Notes under the pieces: generated by a model
Seen by the model: the letters and a program-made list of their open reading frames with translations, nothing else
Databases searched by the model: none
What the model was told of the DNA's origin: nothing
Shown here: piece by piece, positions 61,677-64,000 of the stretch
Numbering within the stretch: the first letter of the stretch is position 1
Layout of the letters: each line of letters opens with the position of its first letter
Position numbers and translations under genes: made by a program
DNA from: a bacterium
Lineage (GTDB): Bacteria; Auribacterota; Auribacteria; Auribacterales; Auribacteraceae
Assembly: GCA_024233545.1 (NCBI GenBank)
Contig: JACKPL010000003.1
Coordinates: 64,584-128,583, forward strand
Length of the DNA stretch: 64,000 nucleotides
Direction: 5' to 3'

Positions 61677-62692
61677 AATGGTGTCTCCTTGTTGCCGGTT
61701 GATGAGGACGTTGATCTATCCATGACATTTCTGCGGGTTTCATCGGCGATAAGTACGGAACTGCTTTTTTCTTCCATAACATAATATAATGGGCGTTGTT
61801 TGGATTCTTCCAATATCTGCCCCACGTATTCGCAAATAACGCTGAGAATAAGGAAATGGATGAAAAACAAGCCGGTAATTTGAAACGACATAGTTGTCCA
61901 CCCTTCGACGACATCTTTTTTAAGGATGTTGATGACAATGATATATAAAATGTACACCATGGTAAGGATACTGCCGATTATTCCCAAAAGCCCCACAAAC
62001 CGCAATGGAGCCATTGAATTTGATATAATCATTGCAAGGGCTAACCGCAATGAATCAATGCCGCTCATTTTTTGATGAATGCCTGACCGGTTGATTTGAT
62101 TATAATGATAAAGCACAGGATTAAAGCCGACATTTAAAGCAAGCACTCTAAAATACCGTCCTTTCTGCCTCACGCGGGTGATTCCATTTACCGCCTGCCT
62201 GCTTAATGCCTGAAAAAAAGTGGCGTTTCTTGGAAAATGTATTCCGGAGAATGTACAGAGCTTATAAAAGAACGGTTCGAATATTTTGACGAACGAACTG
62301 CGTTTTGTGCGCCGTTCGGCAATGCCGATAACAACACCGTTGTTTGCCCGAGCAAGATTGACGATCTGCGGAATTTCTGCCGGCGGATCGCTGTTTGGTT
62401 CAACCACGACAACATAGTCGCCGATGGATGTGTCGAGACCGGCGGTAATAGCTATTTCTATTCCGAAGTGGCGTGAAAGGCGAATCAATCGAATGCATTT
62501 AAGCTGTTGCAATAACGGATTGAGCGAAGCGGCGATACTTTCCGTTAAGTGATCGTCTACAAGAATCAGCTCGTAGTTGGCATAATTCGTTTTGAGAATG
62601 TCAATTACTTCCTGTACAAACTCTTTTAAATACAAAGAAGCATTTTTTTCCAGCGGGACAACAACCGAAACAAAACAGTCGCTTATTTTCAT
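61673..62692 (-). CDS. polyprenyl-phosphate glycosyltransferase (GT2 with C-terminal TM helices; GtrB/ArnC/DPM1-type)
   Basis: ..VSVVVPLEKNASLYLKEFVQEVIDIL..YELILVDDH.. is a GT2 catalytic domain. It is followed by two TM helices (..LRFVGLLGIIGSILTMVYILYIIVINIL.. and ..FQITGLFFIHFLILSVICEYVG..). Confidence 0.8.
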   Translation of the reverse strand: MKISDCFVSVVVPLEKNASLYLKEFVQEVIDILKTNYANYELILVDDHLTESIAASLNPLLQQLKCIRLIRLSRHFGIEIAITAGLDTSIGDYVVVVEPNSDPPAEIPQIVNLARANNGVVIGIAERRTKRSSFVKIFEPFFYKLCTFSGIHFPRNATFFQALSRQAVNGITRVRQKGRYFRVLALNVGFNPVLYHYNQINRSGIHQKMSGIDSLRLALAMIISNSMAPLRFVGLLGIIGSILTMVYILYIIVINILKKDVVEGWTTMSFQITGLFFIHFLILSVICEYVGQILEESKQRPLYYVMEEKSSSVLIADETRRNVMDRSTSSSTGNKETPL

Positions 62693-63846
62693 CCTTTATC
62701 ATTTTCTCCTGAAAGCATGATAGTGATTTCGTCGGTTACGTCGTACACATTATCAATTTTTCCCCCCATAAGTGAATGAAAATTTTTCAGCCCTGCATCT
62801 TTGCGGAATAATATGGGGCGGCTGTCATCAACTTCGCTAAGCGGCAGGACCGTTTTAACTTCCCAAAGCGAGTCGACATATGCGCATTCTTTCAATAAGG
62901 GAACATACCGCTGAGCGTCGCGGATCATGTAAGAATAATTCGTTTGTTTGGGGATCGAGTCGAAATATGCATGAGCATCCATATAGTGTTCCGGGTTATC
63001 ATGCCAGTAATGATGCGGGGTATACCGTACATGGCTCAAAGTGTGCAGATTGCGCGGCGGAAAAGGCATAATGGAAAAAAACGGCCCGCACATCACGGTT
63101 ATGCCGATACTTTTGATGCTGTCAGGCACCTCTACCAAAGCCATTTCGGTCAACTCGTGTTTGAGAGGTATTATGGGCAAACCAGCGTTGTGTGGAACAA
63201 AGTTAAGCTGAGAATATGTACAGTTAAAAACATGATGCGACAATACGGAATGTTCGCCGTCGGGTGTTTGAATCGTTGCTTTAAGTGCGCCTGATTGAAG
63301 AGGGTTTACTGTTGTCACTTTTGCGTTAAGTTTCAGCGAAATATTTTTCGCTTCAGCAATCTTATTCAGCATGAGCTTCTTAAGTTTAGCGGAGTCAAAC
63401 GCAAATTCTTCAACAAGAAAAACATCTTCGATTAACTCAGCGTCGAACAATTTTTTCAGCGCGGCAGGAGCAGGGGCAATCGGCGCCTTGATGCGTGACA
63501 TGAAAAGTTGAAACTGAGTAGCCGAAACCTTGGAGAAAGTATGGGGAATCGCATAGAGTTTTGTAAAAGAACGGTCGATGCAGGCATTAAAATCATGGAC
63601 AAATTTCGGAAAATTCTCTTTCGACCTCAATGCGGTCAATATGCTTCGCGGATAATGATAACCTTGATGTACCCGCGCTTGGTTGACATACGATGCGCGT
63701 TGCATGGCGTCGGCTTCTTTTTCACAAATGGTGACCTGCCTGAAATGGCCGCTCAAATATAATCCGATGTACAGCCCAAAAAAACCGCCGCCGATTATGA
63801 GAATATCAGAATGCTTATCCACAGAACTGTTTCCTGTCCGATTCAA
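62689..63846 (-). CDS. FAD-dependent oxidoreductase
   Basis: N-terminal dinucleotide fold ..SDILIIGGGFFGLYIGLYLS..VTICEKE. The track start is TTG; an in-frame GTG at 63822 (VDKHSDILIIGGG) is more plausible. It is the first gene of the cluster. Confidence 0.8.
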   Translation of the reverse strand: MNRTGNSSVDKHSDILIIGGGFFGLYIGLYLSGHFRQVTICEKEADAMQRASYVNQARVHQGYHYPRSILTALRSKENFPKFVHDFNACIDRSFTKLYAIPHTFSKVSATQFQLFMSRIKAPIAPAPAALKKLFDAELIEDVFLVEEFAFDSAKLKKLMLNKIAEAKNISLKLNAKVTTVNPLQSGALKATIQTPDGEHSVLSHHVFNCTYSQLNFVPHNAGLPIIPLKHELTEMALVEVPDSIKSIGITVMCGPFFSIMPFPPRNLHTLSHVRYTPHHYWHDNPEHYMDAHAYFDSIPKQTNYSYMIRDAQRYVPLLKECAYVDSLWEVKTVLPLSEVDDSRPILFRKDAGLKNFHSLMGGKIDNVYDVTDEITIMLSGENDKG

Positions 63847-64000
63847 TAAAGCGCCGTGATTGTTGAAGTGAATATTTTTAAAATGTATTTTGTATCATAA
63901 AAAGTGATTGTTCACAACGAACAATTAGTATTTAGGTTTTAATTCCATACTCCTGCGGTATTCTTGAAATAATTTTTATTGGTGGTGCACGAATACGGTG

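Overview
This 64-kb window looks like chromosomal DNA from an unidentified diderm bacterium. The evidence for diderm is TonB/ExbBD, a TonB-dependent receptor and three PEP-CTERM proteins. All family names below come from reading motifs in the translations; no database search was run. I found no rRNA, tRNA, CRISPR array, integrase or transposase.

Layout of the window:
- 1-3.7 kb: the tail of a hemerythrin-like gene, a shared terminator, a secreted 865-aa protein and a PEP-CTERM protein.
- 3.9-6.9 kb: a housekeeping block, long-form (Alu-containing) SRP RNA then dnaX-ybaB-recR.
- 6.9-11.1 kb: a PEP-CTERM protein, an A20 tract, an OFA-type MFS transporter and an ArnT-like GT-C membrane protein.
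- 11.4-18.3 kb: a 2,290-aa multi-pass membrane protein with an embedded, catalytically degenerate ABC ATPase domain.
- 18.3-33.0 kb: a 12-gene minus-strand operon. It joins an HmuS-like CobN-family chelatase (1,634 aa), a TonB-dependent receptor, a canonical ExbB-ExbD-TonB set, a second MotA/ExbB-like plus DUF2149 (ExbD-like) pair, and a ferric-iron ABC importer.
- 33.4-53.2 kb: a surface-protein locus. A ~5,040-aa protein is built from eight ~430-aa glycine-rich modules plus an Ig/CARDB/TSP3/Fn3 tail. It is translationally coupled to a PEP-CTERM protein and followed by a 1,144-aa protein with two NIDO-like domains.
- 53.3-63.8 kb: an 8-gene minus-strand glycan cluster. It has a polyprenyl-phosphate GT2, a second GT2, an FAD oxidoreductase, an SDR-like protein, a TIM-barrel epimerase and three GT-C-like membrane proteins. 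One of these is split by a frameshift at a 7-nt homopolymer.

The best candidates for something undescribed are the CobN/double-PMF/FbpABC operon, the modular giant surface protein with its coupled PEP-CTERM partner, and the giant membrane protein with the degenerate ABC domain.
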